A DNA stretch of 64,000 bases from Octopus bimaculoides (GCF_001194135.2 NC_068984.1:16611425-16675424); one strand, 5' to 3'; counted from the stretch's first letter, positions 13,390-27,177 are shown. The notes: generated by a model not told the origin, from the sequence alone. Numbers and translations are program-made.

Positions 13390-15726
13390 TACAGTTGTGT
13401 GTGTGTGCGTAAAAAAGGGGTTTATTTCCACACAGGAAAGAATAAAAGAGAGTCAGTTTGTGGTGTTGAAAATGAACCTGAGTCTTAAAATGAATTGTAG
13501 TTTTTTAAATTTTTNNNNNNNNNNNNNNNNNNNNNNNNNNNNNNNNNNNNNNNNNNNNNNNNNNNNNNNNNNNNNNNNNNNNNNNNNNNNNNNNNNNNNN
13601 NNNNNNNNNNNNNNNNNNNNNNNNNNNNNNNNNNNNNNNNNNNNNNNNNNNNNNNNNNNNNNNNNNNNNNNNNNNNNNNNNNNNNNNNNNNNNAAATTTT
13701 TTGATAAATTTCTTAAAATACTACACCGGTATTTCTTTTTTCTTTTCTTTTTTTTTATTTTTTCAATGATAAATTAAAAGACATTGCAAAGAAGTTGGAG
13801 AGACAGGGAAAAATTCGGTGAAGCATGCTTGAAAAAAAACAACAAATGTTCATACAATTTCACGTATTCAATAACAGAAAAATAATAAGAGTTCGAATGT
13901 TCGATAAACTTCATAGTAATGCATGATTGAAAATTCGTGGGTTTCGAAGCAATAAGTTATATTAACAATTAGATACGATGAAACTAGAAAAACATTACTT
14001 TTTCTGTCGTAATACCTGAAGGAGTATCCTTGTCGTATATTTCGCTGCTGAAATTGCTTTTGTGTATAAAGTATTTCGCTGGAAGGGACACCGTATATCG
14101 TTATGCAACTATAATATGCGACCAAATATATTTTTTTCTACTCGTGGGACAAGGCCCGAAATTTTGGAGGAGGGGGGGGGCAGTTGATTAGACCGACTCC
14201 AGCACGCAGCTGGTACTTAATTTATTGACCCNNNNNNNNNNAAGGATGAAAGGCAAAGTCGACCTCGGTGGAATTTGAACTGAGAACGTAACGGCAGACG
14301 AAATACCGCTAAGCATTTCGCCCGACGTGCTAACGTTTCTGCCAGGTTGCCGCCTTATGCAACCAAGTATATTAAGGACATTATAAACCATTATTGTGCC
14401 TCACCTGTGTTTGCAGTATTATTAATTATTTTGAAGGCGGCGAGCTGGCAGAATCGTTAGAGCGCTGGACGAAATGCTTAGCAGTATTTCGTCTGCCGTT
14501 ACGTTCTGAGTTCAAATTCCGCCGAGGTCGACTTTGCCTTTCATCCTTTCGGGGTCGATAAATTAAGTACCAGTGAAATATTGAGGTTGATGTAATCCCC
14601 CAAAATGGCTGCCCTTATGGCAAAATTTGAAACCATTATTAATTCACTTTTGAAAGTTATCTCGACAGATATCCTATGATAGTTTTTTAAGATATAGGTC
14701 AAGTCCTGACCAGTTATAAACTCAATGAAGTCAATTGTTTCCGCCCACCTGTGGATCAGAGTTCTGGTTGGCCACTGTCTCATTACGTCATACGTTTCTT
14801 TGGGTGTTCTAATCACATAATCTAGTTTGGCAATGGTTCAGCGTTCTGGTTGGTTAACTTCTTGGTGATGACATTTGTTTACCAACTGTTTTGATCATTT
14901 GTTTTTGTCCACTCGTGGTCCGCTGTTCTGGTTAGTTGATCTTCTACTTACGTCATTTGTTTATTTTGGTCTCTCGTTTTTGGCTCACTGTTCCCTTATG
15001 ATATCAATTATTTTTCCTATGTCTCAGTCAGCTGAATGTTTATTTCTTTTTTTCTGGGTGTCCTGCTTAGACCATAAATAAAATCTAACTGGTTAATCCT
15101 AAGGTGACGCGTAAGATGTAATTGTACAGTAGTTTGAAGTTAGGGTTTCGAATCCCGAAGGAAGCACGTTGCTTAACCTTTTATTTTTTTAGACGTTGGT
15201 TCCTGCCGTTTTTAGTTGGGTTGAATAAAATGGTTTTTCTCATTCTATTGTGTTTATATTTCATTTCTTAACAAACATATTTTCTTTATTCCGGGATGGT
15301 CTTTTTTTTTTTTTTGCCAAATAAACACACGCACTGTATATATTCGTTCATCATTCGTTTATTACTGTTCTTATTTTTAACTCATGTCCATTGTCCGAAA
15401 ATCTTTCGTTACACATCTGTGACCTCTTCAGCAACACTTTCCGTCCTCGTGTATGCTCCTGTTCTAATACGTTCCCTCTTTGAAATAGAAAAAGCATTCA
15501 CAAAAATTCGGTGGAACCTGAACAAACATAACAACAACAACACAAATGGCCACAACACAAACAACAACAACAGCAACAACAACAGTAACAACAATAATGT
15601 TACCTCCGAACACAAATTCATAAACATATTTTCTTTATCCAATTAGAATTAAGGTAAAGTGTTCCTAATACAATGATCTAAAGGGAAAACTTCATGTACA
15701 AATATGTATGTATGTATGTATGTATG

Positions 15727-16101
15727 ACTCTTCTATTTCTTTAATTATTATAAATCTTCCACTGAGGAGGGAGCCGGTTTCCAACAAAGATACAAGGCTT
15801 CATCTTTGGGATGCAGTTAAAACAGACAAATTCACATTTGGAACTTCAGAAAAGTTTTGCACATATTTACTGTTCCACTCACAGATTGCACTTGTTATGT
15901 ACGAATTAGCCGGTCGATAATCCCAGTTTATCCAGATTCTCCTTTAAGCATTTACTAACAAAACCTAGTGCTCCAATTATCATTGATATAAATATGAATT
16001 CATAGTCTGGATATAAAAGCTGGAGGTTTCGAAGCAGTTGTTCACAGATATCCTCTTTTTCTTTGATTTTGAAAGGGATATTTATACCTAAAAGGCAATG
16101 C
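15727..16101 (-). mobile_element. REL-type LINE 3' fragment embedded in a (TACA)n microsatellite
   Basis: KIKEKEDICEQLLRNLQLLYPDYEFIFISMIIGALGFV...QVQSVSGTVNMCKTFLKF resembles an REL C-terminus. The 3' end runs into atacatacatac and the 5' junction is also tacatacat. Confidence 0.75.
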
Positions 16102-16504
16102 ATGTATGTACACACACACACATAATGAAGGCGCGTGGCCTAGTGGTTAGAGCATTCAGCTCATGACTGCAAGGTCTGAGTTCGATTCCCGGCGGCACTT
16201 TGTGGCCGTGAGCATGATACTTTATTTCCCGTTTCTCCAGTTCACTCGGCTGACAAAAATGAATTAATCTTATAAAATCCATCTTGAAGCTATAAAAGCT
16301 CTTCCTTATCCATTGCTCTGCTTTTCTGCCTCGTCCTGCCTTCCACTTCCAGTTCTTGGCTAAGCTGTTACCATTCCTGGAAGGTTGCCCAGCTGTAAAA
16401 ACACTAACTTCAAAAGTATGCAAATATCGAAATTTTCAGACTCTGTCCACTCGGATATTCGAAATGGTAAAAGAAAATTTAAGATACTAAGATTGTGCTA
16501 CTCT

Positions 16505-16706
16505 GTGTGCGGGTGTGGGTGTGTGTGTGGGTGTGGGTGTGTTTGTGTGTATGTGTGTGTGTTTGTGTGTGTGTGTGTGTTTGTGTTTGTGCGTGTGTGA
16601 GTGTGTGTGTGTGTGTTTGTTTGTACGTGCGAGAGAGAGAGAGTATGTATGTATGCATGTGTGTGTATGTATGTATGTATGTACGTATGTATGTATNNNN
16701 NNNNNN

Positions 16707-16768
<62 letters not shown>

Positions 16769-16828
16769 GGTATATGTATATATATGTATGTTTGTATATG
16801 CCTGTATATGTATGTATGTATATGTATG

Positions 16829-16887
<59 letters not shown>

Positions 16888-17415
16888 NNNNNNNNNNNNN
16901 NNNNNNNNNNNNNNNNNNNNNNNNNNNNNNNNNNNNNNNNNNNNNNNNNNNNNNNNNNNNNNNNNNNNNNNNNNNNNNNNNNNNNNNNNNNNNNNNNNNN
17001 NNNNNNNNNNNNNNNNNNNNNNNNNNNNNNNNNNNNNNNNNNNNNNNNNNNNNNNNNNNNNNNNNNNNNNNNNNNNNNNNNNNNNNNNNNNNNNNNNNNN
17101 NNNNNNNNNNNNNNNNNNNNNNNNNNNNNNNNNNNNNNNNNNNNNNNNNNNNNNNNNNNNNNNNNNNNNNNNNNNNNNNNNNNNNNNNNNNNNNNNNNNN
17201 NNNNNNNNNNNNNNNNNNNNNNNNNNNNNNNNNNNNNNNNNNNNNNNNNNNNNNNNNNNNNNNNNNNNNNNNNNNNNNNNNNNNNNNNNNNNNNNNNNNN
17301 NNNNNNNNNNNNNNNNNNNNNNNNNNNNNNNNNNNNNNNNNNNNNNNNNNNNNNNNNNNNNNNNNNNNNNNNNNNNNNNNNNNNNNNNNNNNNNNNNNNN
17401 NNNNNNNNNNNNNNN

Positions 17416-17455
<40 letters not shown>
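16505..17455. repeat. Compound (GT)n/(GA)n/(TATG)n/(TA)n microsatellite with two N-gaps
   Basis: Directly visible simple repeats. Similar tracts lie at 1-120, 2360-2430, 3330-3387, 12500-12690, 17560-17980, 27075-27175, 44420-44730 and 60790-60940. Confidence 0.97.
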
Positions 17456-17459
<4 letters not shown>

Positions 17460-17915
17460 ATATTATCGTCACTTTTTATCTTTGAGTGCGCAACTTGTAA
17501 ATGAATTGCAACTTACATACCTGTGCAATCTGTATATATCTATTCATATAGATATACGCAGTTGTTTGCAATGCATACATACATACATACATACTTACAT
17601 CTGTACATATATATATATAAGCATTTATCCATACACACCTAAGTACATATATCATCAGCATTTAATGTCCGTTTTCCATTTGTGTGTTTATATAAACACA
17701 TATAGACACACAAACACACACACACACACACACATACACACGCATGCATGAATGTATATATGTGAATACACTTGTTTTTCTTTTTATTTACACATAAACC
17801 TGTTTTCATTTCACTGTTTCCGTATATAAACACGCAGTTGATTTATGTGTGTATTCAAATGTGTGTCTATGTATATATGTATGTATGTATGTATGTATAT
17901 TTGTTTGTATGTATG

Positions 17916-17949
<34 letters not shown>

Positions 17950-19210
17950 TGTGTAAATATGTGTATACATGTGTATGTGTTTAAAAATATATAATGTCGT
18001 GTATATGTTGCATGTTTCATTTAAGGATTTATCTTTGTATTTTAATTTCCTTCTCACCACCATCATCACACACTATCACAATCGCCACCACCACCACCAC
18101 CACCATCACTACCACCACCACCACCACCACCACCCCCAACAGTCATCTATTGGTTCTATCTGTATACTTTCGAAGAAATCTGATAACACATTTCATGCTG
18201 GAATTTTGTGAAAGGCTGGACTATTTGTCAAAGGACTCCCTTCAGTTCTACCAAAATTTGATACTGTTTACGATTTAGTTACAAATTTGATTTGTCAGTT
18301 TTTGGCACACCTCAACATTCCAAAAAACATCCCTATATTTAGGCTGACTTGAAGAAGTCTGAAAACCAGTAATCTCTCCAAGAACTAACTGGACAAGCCA
18401 CACACTAAATTATTTATCAATATCATTTATTTCGTCCATTCTTCAATTTAGCAAATAGCTTTTTTTAATTCAATCATTTTCACAAATACAGTTTCTGAAA
18501 ACTTATAATTTTCTGAAACTCTATTATATCTAAATAATTCCTTTTGAAAAAGAATACAGACACACACACACTCACACACACACACACACACATACACACA
18601 TACACTTACACACATTTACACACACTAAAAGACACAGACAGATACACATTTCAAAAGACACAGACAGGTGCACATTTTAACAGAAATACAGAAATTGGCA
18701 ACAAGAAGCAGCCAAAGACATTAGCAAAATTACAACAAATTTAAATATTATATGGAGAAATTTGAAAATTTAAAAACGGATATTTCAAAAATAAATTCAT
18801 ATTAAGAGAACGTAACCAAAATATACGTAAGTCATTTTTATATTTTTATTCAACTATTTATATATTCCCTGGGGTTGTTAAACAGTACTTTGGTTAATGT
18901 ACTATGTTTGGATTCTAATTTCAATTATTTGGACAGGGAGATATTTTATAAAAATTTAATTATTACTTTTTATGACTTCAATTTTTGACAGAAAAGTAAA
19001 TGTTGTTTTATCATTAGGTAGACATAGCCTATAGCTATTGTCTTTCTTTTTTTGTCTTGGTAGATGCAAATCATTTTTTATTCTAATCAGATGCATTACT
19101 TGTGGATTATCATATTAAAAATAGTGGATTGGTTTTGTGCAACTAATTCATATAGTTTGAGTTCAATTCTTAATGCCAGCATTTGATTACACTCTTTCTC
19201 TTTCTCTTTT

Positions 19211-20005
19211 CTCTTTTACTTGTTTCAGTCATTTGACTGCGGTCATGCTGGAGCACCGCCTTTAGTCGAGCAAATCGAACCCGGGACTTATTCTTTGGAA
19301 GCCTAGTACTTATTCTATCGGTTTCTTTTGCCGAACTACTAAGTTACGGGGACGTGAACACACCACCATCGGTTGTCAAGCGATGTTGGGGTGGGTACAA
19401 ACACAGACACACAAACATATACACACACATACATATATATATATATATACATATATACGATAGACTTCTTTCAGTTTCCGTCTACCAAATTCACTCACAA
19501 GGCTTTGGTCGGCCCGAGGCTATAGTAGAAGACACTTGCCCAAGGTGCCACGCAGTGGGAATGAACCCGGAACCATGTGGTTGGTAAACAAGCTACTTAT
19601 CACACAGCCACTCCTGTGTAACAAAACTTCGATATTTTTTATTTTTTATTTTTTTGTCTTTGGTCTTGTAAGTGTTATTGCCAATTTGCTTCTATCTAAA
19701 AATCAAAAGAAATGGCTATTACTTTTGTGCCTGGACATCAATGTTTTGAAACTGACCTATTTTCCCATTACGTTTCAGACAGATTCAGCACTGAGTGGCT
19801 GAAGCAGAAATATCATTATAGCAAATATCCTGCTCAATAGTGCAGATTTGCTTGTCAGTTGCTTAACCTGTAACCACTTCGTAAGTTACCCTCTAGTAAC
19901 TTATTTTATCAGTCTCTTTTGCCGAACCACCAAGTTACGGGGGTGTAAACACACCAACATTGGTTGTCAAACGATGGTGGAGGAACAAGCACAGACACAC
20001 AGATA

Positions 20006-20064
<59 letters not shown>

Positions 20065-21637
20065 NNNNNNNNNNNNNNNNNNNNNNNNNNNNNNNNNNNN
20101 NNNNNNNNNNNNNNNNNNNNNNNNNNNNNNNNNNNNNNNNNNNNNNNNNNNNNNNNNNNNNNNNNNNNNNNNNNNNNNNNNNNNNNNNNNNNNNNNNNNN
20201 NNNNNNNNNNNNNNNNNNNNNNNNNNNNNNNNNNNNNNNNNNNNNNNNNNNNNNNNNNNNNNNNNNNNNNNNNNNNNNNNNNNNNNNNNNNNNNNNNNNN
20301 NNNNNNNNNNNNNNNNNNNNNNNNNNNNNNNNNNNNNNNNNNNNNNNNNNNNNNNNNNNNNNNNNNNNNNNNNNNNNNNNNNNNNNNNNNNNNNNNNNNN
20401 NNNNNNNNNNNNNNNNNNNNNNNNNNNNNNNNNNNNNNNNNNNNNNNNNNNNNNNNNNNNNNNNNNNNNNNNNNNNNNNNNNNNNNNNNNNNNNNNNNNN
20501 NNNNNNNNNNNNNNNNNNNNNNNNNNNNNNNNNNNNNNNNNNNNNNNNNNNNNNNNNNNNNNNNNNNNNNNNNNNNNNNNNNNNNNNNNNNNNNNNNNNN
20601 NNNNNNNNNNNNNCACACACACACATATATATATATACGATGGGCTTCTTTCAGCTTCCATCTACCAAATCCACTCACAAGGCTTTGGTTGGCCCGAGGC
20701 TATAGTAAAAGACACTTGCCCAAGTTGCCATGCAGTCGAACTGACCCAGAACCATGTGGTTGGGAAGCAAGCTTCTTACCACACAGCCACGCCTGCGCCT
20801 GTAGAATTCTAACTGCCAGCTCATCTCCTGCGACAACTTGATACATTTGAAATAATTTTATTCAATACATTTTTCCTGAATACCTTTCGATAATTTTGTT
20901 TTGACTCACTTCATTATCACTTTTAATTATAATTTTGAGAATTGATAATTGATATTTTCTTTTATTATTATGATAAAAATTTATGTTAAATATTTCAATA
21001 TTTCATTTATCTTTTCTTTCCAACAAATTTAATCAATTTTCTTTATTATTTAATTACAATTCTTAATGGTTTCGCTTTATCTGGAAATATATTTGATTGT
21101 CCACAATTAACATTTTAATTAGTTTTTAAGCAGAATCATTTAGAATGACAGATAAAATACCTTGCAGTGTTTAATTACATACAACTACTTGATTCTGAGT
21201 TCAAATGCCACTAATATTGACCTTGTGTTTCGTCTTTTCTCTGGTCTATGACATTCAGTCTTTTTAGCTTCCTTTCAATCAAAACTTTTCCATTCTTCGT
21301 AGTCCTTTATGCCTATGAACCACTCAAACTCTTATTTCACTCTATTGGGCCTTCATAGCCATTCAATGTTTAAAAAATTCCTATTATATTTTTATAATCA
21401 AATATCATTAGGAATTGTATTAAAAAAACTGTTAAAATATTTTTTATATTGTAGAAGTATAAGCAATTTATTGCAGGCGTGGCTGTGTGGTAAGAAGCTT
21501 GCTACCCAACCACATGGTTCCAGGTTCAGTCCCACTGCATGGCACCTTGGGCAAGTGTCTTTTACTATAGCCTCGGGTCAACCAAAGCCTTGTGAATGGA
21601 TTTGGTAGACAAAAACTGAATGAAGTCCATCGTACAA

Positions 21638-21672
<35 letters not shown>

Positions 21673-22873
21673 TGTGTTTGCCCCCACCACCATCGCTTGA
21701 CAACCGATGTTGGTGTGTTTACATCCCCGTAACTTAGTGGTTCGGCAAAAGAGACTGATAGAATAATTACTCAGCTAACAAAGAATAAGTCCTAGGGTCG
21801 ATTTGTTCGACTAAAGGCAGTGCTCCAGCATGGCTGCAGTCAAATCACTGAAACAAATAAAAGAAAAAAAAAGAAAAGAAATTTTAACAACGAACTCTTT
21901 AAAGCCCCCCCCCCCATCCTTCAAAGTCATGTTGATCCCATTTAAGAACCACTCTGGTATCCAAACTTGCACAATCGTGTAAAAATGGCATTCCATCTAC
22001 TTTTCAACATAATGGACTTATTCCCCTAAGCATTGAAGATTAAAACATATGATCCTTGTCTCTAAGAATATAGAGACTGTCTAAGGAAGATTTGGTTCAG
22101 TATTAACAACTAAAATACTATAAGCATTGATGGAATTACATTATTTAAATATTTGACAATGTAAAATTCTCTGCTGGCTCTAATGCTGCCTGGAAAGTAG
22201 TTTTAGTTATGTCAGTGCATCAGAGAATGGAGTCTACACCACATCACTAAAAGTAAGGAGAAATCTTGTTATCGATATAAGGATAATAGGCGGCGCAAGC
22301 TGGCAGGATTATTAGCACACCAGACAAAATGCTTGGCAGAATTTCATCTGAAGGCAGCAAGCTCACAAACACAGACTCACAAACATATACACACACACAC
22401 ATACATACATACATACATATATACATATATCTATATACGATGGGCTTCTTTCAGTTTCCGTCTGCCAAATCCACTCACAAGGCTTTGGTGAGCCCGAGGC
22501 TATAGCAGAAGACACTTGCCCAAGGTGCCATGCAGTGGGACTGAACCCAGAATCGTGTGGTCGGTAAGCAGGCTACTTACCACACAGCTATGCCTGCATT
22601 TATGCTTATTTCTGTTTAGAAGTTAAATTAAGGTTTGGCAGTGTCAGAAAATCCCAATCTGCAGTTAGAACCATTAAAAAGTAAAAGACTATTCTTTTTT
22701 TTTTAACATAGGTCAGTCATGGCTGTATTGTCAAACTGTTTGCTTTGCAACCCTGTAGTTTCAGGTTCAGTTCCTCTATATACAACTTTGGACAAATGTC
22801 TCCTACTATTGCTCTGAGCCAACCAATGTCTTGTGAGTGAATTTGGTTGATGGGAACTGTGTGGGAATCTATC

Positions 22874-22904
<31 letters not shown>

Positions 22905-23155
22905 TGAATATATGTATTGCTTGTGTGTGTGTGTGTGTGTGTGTTTGTCCTCATCCCCATCATGACAATCAGTGTTGGTTTGTTTCTGTCTTCATAACCT
23001 AATGTTTTGGCAAAAGTGGCCAAGAGAACAAATACCAGTCTTCAAAAATTAATAAATAAATAAATAAATAAATAAAGTACTGGGGTGGATTTGTTTGACT
23101 GAACCCTTCAAGGCATTGTCCCCATATGACCACAGTCCATTGATTGAAACAAATA
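19211..23155. mobile_element. Cluster of five SINE-A copies (19211-19615 -, ~19880-20800 -, 21473-21862 +, 22365-22600 -, 22715-23155 +)
   Basis: Shared head gtggctgtgtggtaag...ggttcagtcccactg and tail ...cagtcaaatgactgaaacaa. Boundaries are approximate. Confidence 0.88.
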
Positions 23156-23315
23156 AAAGAATTTTAAAAATGAAGGAATAAAAGAATAAAAGAATAAAAG
23201 GATTCATACTTTGTAAATTACCAAACGTTGCAATACTTTGTTGAGTTCTTTAGAATGAATGAAGAGAGAAATAGTTGAATCCAATCCTTTTATAACCAAT
23301 GCTTAACCAAGGAAC

Positions 23316-23696
23316 GTGGAGGCGCAATGGCCCAGTGGTTAGGGCAGCGGACTCGCGGTCATAGGATCGCGGTTTCGATTCCCAGACCGGGCGTTGTGAG
23401 TGTTTATTGAATGAAAACACCTAAAGCTCCACGAGGCTCCGGCAAGGGATGGTGGCGAACCCTGCTGTATTCTTCCACCACAACTTTCTCTCACTCTTAC
23501 TTCCTGTTTCTGTTGTGCCTGTAATTCAAAGGGTCAGCCTTGTCACACTGTGTCACGCTGAATATCCCCGAGAACTACGTTAAGGGTACACGTGTCTGTG
23601 GAGTGCTCAGCCACTTGCACGTTAATTTCATGAGCAGGCTGTTCCGTTGATTGGATCAACTGGAACCCTCGACGTCGTAAGTGACGGAGTGCCAAC
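23316..23696 (+). mobile_element. SINE-C full copy, TSD AACCAAGGA, about 100 bp upstream of the RELN first coding exon
   Basis: Head ggaggcgcaatggcccagtggttagggcagcggacTCGcggtc with a TCG anticodon-like loop; TSD at 23305-23313 and 23697-23705. Confidence 0.9.
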
Positions 23697-23800
23697 AACC
23701 AAGGAGCATTTATAAATAAATATCTTGTTTTACTAAATGTTTTATTGTAGCTTTACACCTGAAGTATTTTTTAGTATTCCCTGTTCTTTTGTATTTCCAG

Positions 23801-24032
23801 AGGTGTCTGAAAACAATGCATTCTAAGAAGGAAAGCAACCTATGCCTCTCACTGCTTGTACTGCTCTGTTCAGTCAGCTTCTCATTGGCTTTCCCTCACA
23901 TTCAACCATTTTTCTTCCTATGTAACATTAATGGACTAAGTAAAGACGTGGGTATAGACAAAGGAGAGATTTCTTTGAGTGTATCAATCAAAGGAAACCC
24001 AGAATATTATGAACCGGGTAATATATATGAGA
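23801..24032 (+). CDS. RELN: RELN first coding exon (acceptor at 23800, ATG 23816; signal peptide and start of Reeler domain)
   Basis: Pyrimidine tract and tttccAG acceptor, aacaATG with A at -3, hydrophobic [23 protein letters not shown] and GNPEYYEPG motifs, donor GTAAGT at 24033 (phase 1). Confidence 0.92.
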
Positions 24033-27000
24033 GTAAGTAGAATATTTTAACTTAACCCTTTCATTACTGTATTTATTTTGAGATGCTCTGTGTTTCTTTC
24101 AATTGATTTTAAATATAACAAAGAATTTATGAAAATAACTTCATTATCCTTAACCCATTCATGCTGATCACCCGTTTAAACTGACACTTAATTTATAAGG
24201 GTATAAAACAAATACATGATACAAATTGTGATTTGTGTATGATCTGTATCAAAGAATGAAACATGTTCATAAAAAGATTGTGAATGATGAAAAAAAGAGA
24301 TATAGGAACATACTTATGTAGTGTTGAGTCTATCTGTATTATGTGTAGATGTAGATGTAGATGTATGTATGTACACAATTGTTTTGCTGTTATTGTTGTT
24401 GCCAGTGTTGCTGTAGCTTAGCCTCAGTTCAATCCCAATATGTGGTACCTTAGAAAAACATCTTCTAACATGTGAAGGCATGTGGCTTAATGGTTAGGGT
24501 ATTTAACCCATGATTGTAAGGTCAATTCCTAGTGGCACGCTGTGTCCTTTATCAAGACACTTTATTTCATGCTTCTCCAGTTCACTCTACTGGCAAAAAT
24601 AAGTAGTACCTGTATTGCAAAGGGCCAACTTTAACACACTTTTAGTCATGCTGAATCTCCTAGAGACTTGTGTTAAGGGCACATGTGTCCGTGGAGTACT
24701 CAGCCACTTGCATGTTGACTTCATGAGCAGGATGTTCTGTTGATCGACTCAACTTGAACTCTATTCACCATAAACTGATGGAGAACCAGTTTATATATCT
24801 TCTAACAAAGTCTTGGATTGATCCAAGTGAAACTGAAGAGTTGGGAATTATTTGGCAGTTCACATAATAGACCATATCTATTGGTGAGTGGTGGACCTTC
24901 ATCCATTGCCCCATTTAACATTGCTTCTCTGCTGCAAGAATAAACCATGAGGCATCACTTCTAAACCCTTTCCCTTCTACCAACCTTCGAGAGCCTGTAA
25001 AAAAGACCATTGGTTTGATACAGATCAACATTTTAAAAAAATATTATTACAATAAGTATTAAGATAAACCAAAAAGTATTTTACATGTTTTAAAAAATGA
25101 ACTATACTCCAAAAATGATTAGTAGCTGAATACCAGCAACTGAATTTAGTTACTGAAAAACCATCATTACTGTCATTGTCATCATCATCATCATTAACAT
25201 CATCATCATTATGATCAATGTCATCATCATGTATCTTTAATTTTTTCCCAATGTAATGACTAAAGTTAAGATGCTTGTTTTATTTACAGCAAATCGCTTT
25301 CGTCTCTGTTTAGTCATCCAATGAAATGCTTTGACAATCGGATAATGATAATGATGTTGATGGTGGTGGTGATGATGATGGGAAAGGCTGGTAGGGCAGA
25401 CAGCAGCAGTAGTGATGGCTCAGATGACGACTTTAATGATGATGATGATGATGATGATGATGATTACAACAACAACAACGACAACAGTGGTGATGATGAT
25501 ACTGGTGGTGGCGGTGGCGGTGGCGGTGATGACGACGATGATGATGATAACAATGATGATGATGATGACAATGATGATGATAACNNNNNNNNNNNNNNNN
25601 NNNNNNNNNNNNNNNNNNNNNNNNNNNNNNNNNNNNNNNNNNNNNNNNNNNNNNNNNNNNNNNNNNNNNNNNNNNNNNNNNNNNNNNNNNNNNNNNNNNN
25701 NNNNNNNNNNNNNNNNNNNNNNNNNNNNNNNNNNNNNNNNNNNNNNNNNNNNNNNNNNNNNNNNNNNNNNNNNNNNNNNNNNNNNNNNNNNNNNNNNNNN
25801 NNNNNNNNNNNNNNNNNNNNNNNNNNNNNNNNNNNNNNNNNNNNNNNNNNNNNNNNNNNNNNNNNNNNNNNNNNNNNNGGTGGTGGTGGTGATGATGATG
25901 ATGAATTTGACAATGATGATGATAACAGAAAATTAGTAATTTTGCTTTAATTAATCCTGAACAATAAAGGTTTTCTAAGTTAATTGTATCAACAAGGCAT
26001 GAAATGAATTAGGAATGAAAATCTACCCAGAATGGTTCAACAACCACAATTGTTTTGCTGTTATTGTTGTTGCTATTGTTGCTGTAGCTTAGCCTCAAGT
26101 CAATCCTGACATCCAGCAGACCTATGAATAATAATATTTTCTGACCTCGATCCAAACGCCATCTGTCTTTACAATGTTAAATGTATGACTACAGTACTGA
26201 GTCTTATATAAGGTGGTAGGCTCTAATTTGAGGGAAATTTGGTTTCTATGTCTAGCAGGCAGAGTGACCACATAGAGGCCCTTCCTGTCATCAAACCTCG
26301 ACTATACAATTTCCATTCAAGGTTTTACATATATATATANNNNNNNNNNNNNNNNNNNNNNNNNNNNNNNNNNNNNNNNNNNNNNNNNNNNNNNNNNNNN
26401 NNNNNNNNNNNNNNNNNNNNNNNNNNNNNNNNNNNNNNNNNNNNNNNNNNNNNNNNNNNNNNNNNNNNNNNNNNNNNNNNNNNNNNNNNNNNNNNNNNNN
26501 NNNNNNNNNNNNNNNNNNNNNNNATATAAACTAACTTGGAAATGGAAACGTGGCATTCAGTCAAATAATGTATAGATAATCATCATCATCATCATTATCA
26601 TCATCGTCGTTTAACGTCCGCCTTCCATGCTAGCATGGGTTGGACGATTTGACTGAGGACTGGTGAAACCAGATGGCTACACCAGGGTCTAATCTGATCT
26701 GGCAGAGTTTCTACCGCTGGATGCCCTTCCTAACGCCAACTACTCCGAGAGTGTAGTGGGTGCTTTTACGTGCCACCGGCACGAGGGCCAGTTAGGCGTT
26801 ACTGGCGATGGTCACACACAAATGGTGCCACTTGCGCAGGAGCCAGTTCAGCGGCACTGGCAATGACCTCTCTCAAATATTTTTCATGTACCACTGGCAC
26901 AAGTGCCAGTAAGGTAATGATCATACTCGAATGGTGCTATTTATGTGCCACTGGCACAGGAGCCAGTCAGCGGCCCTGGCAACGATCACACTCGGATGGT

Positions 27001-27087
27001 GCTTTTAACGTTCCACTGGCATGGATGCCAGTCAGGCGATGCTGTCATTGGCCACGTCAGTGAATTTGATTTTGATTGTATAAATAT

Positions 27088-27177
<90 letters not shown>

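Noticed and set aside
23316-23390. tRNA-Arg-like sequence (also at 4300, 58903 and 1975-2051)
   Set aside because: It is the head of SINE-C, continuing into ~300 bp of shared body with TSDs, and it has no proper acceptor stem; not a tRNA gene.
25321-25950. Asp/Gly-rich 209-aa ORF with a hydrophobic N-terminus resembling a secreted acidic protein
   Set aside because: Entirely (GAT/GGT/AAC)n microsatellite plus a gap, inside RELN intron 1, with no splice or homology support.
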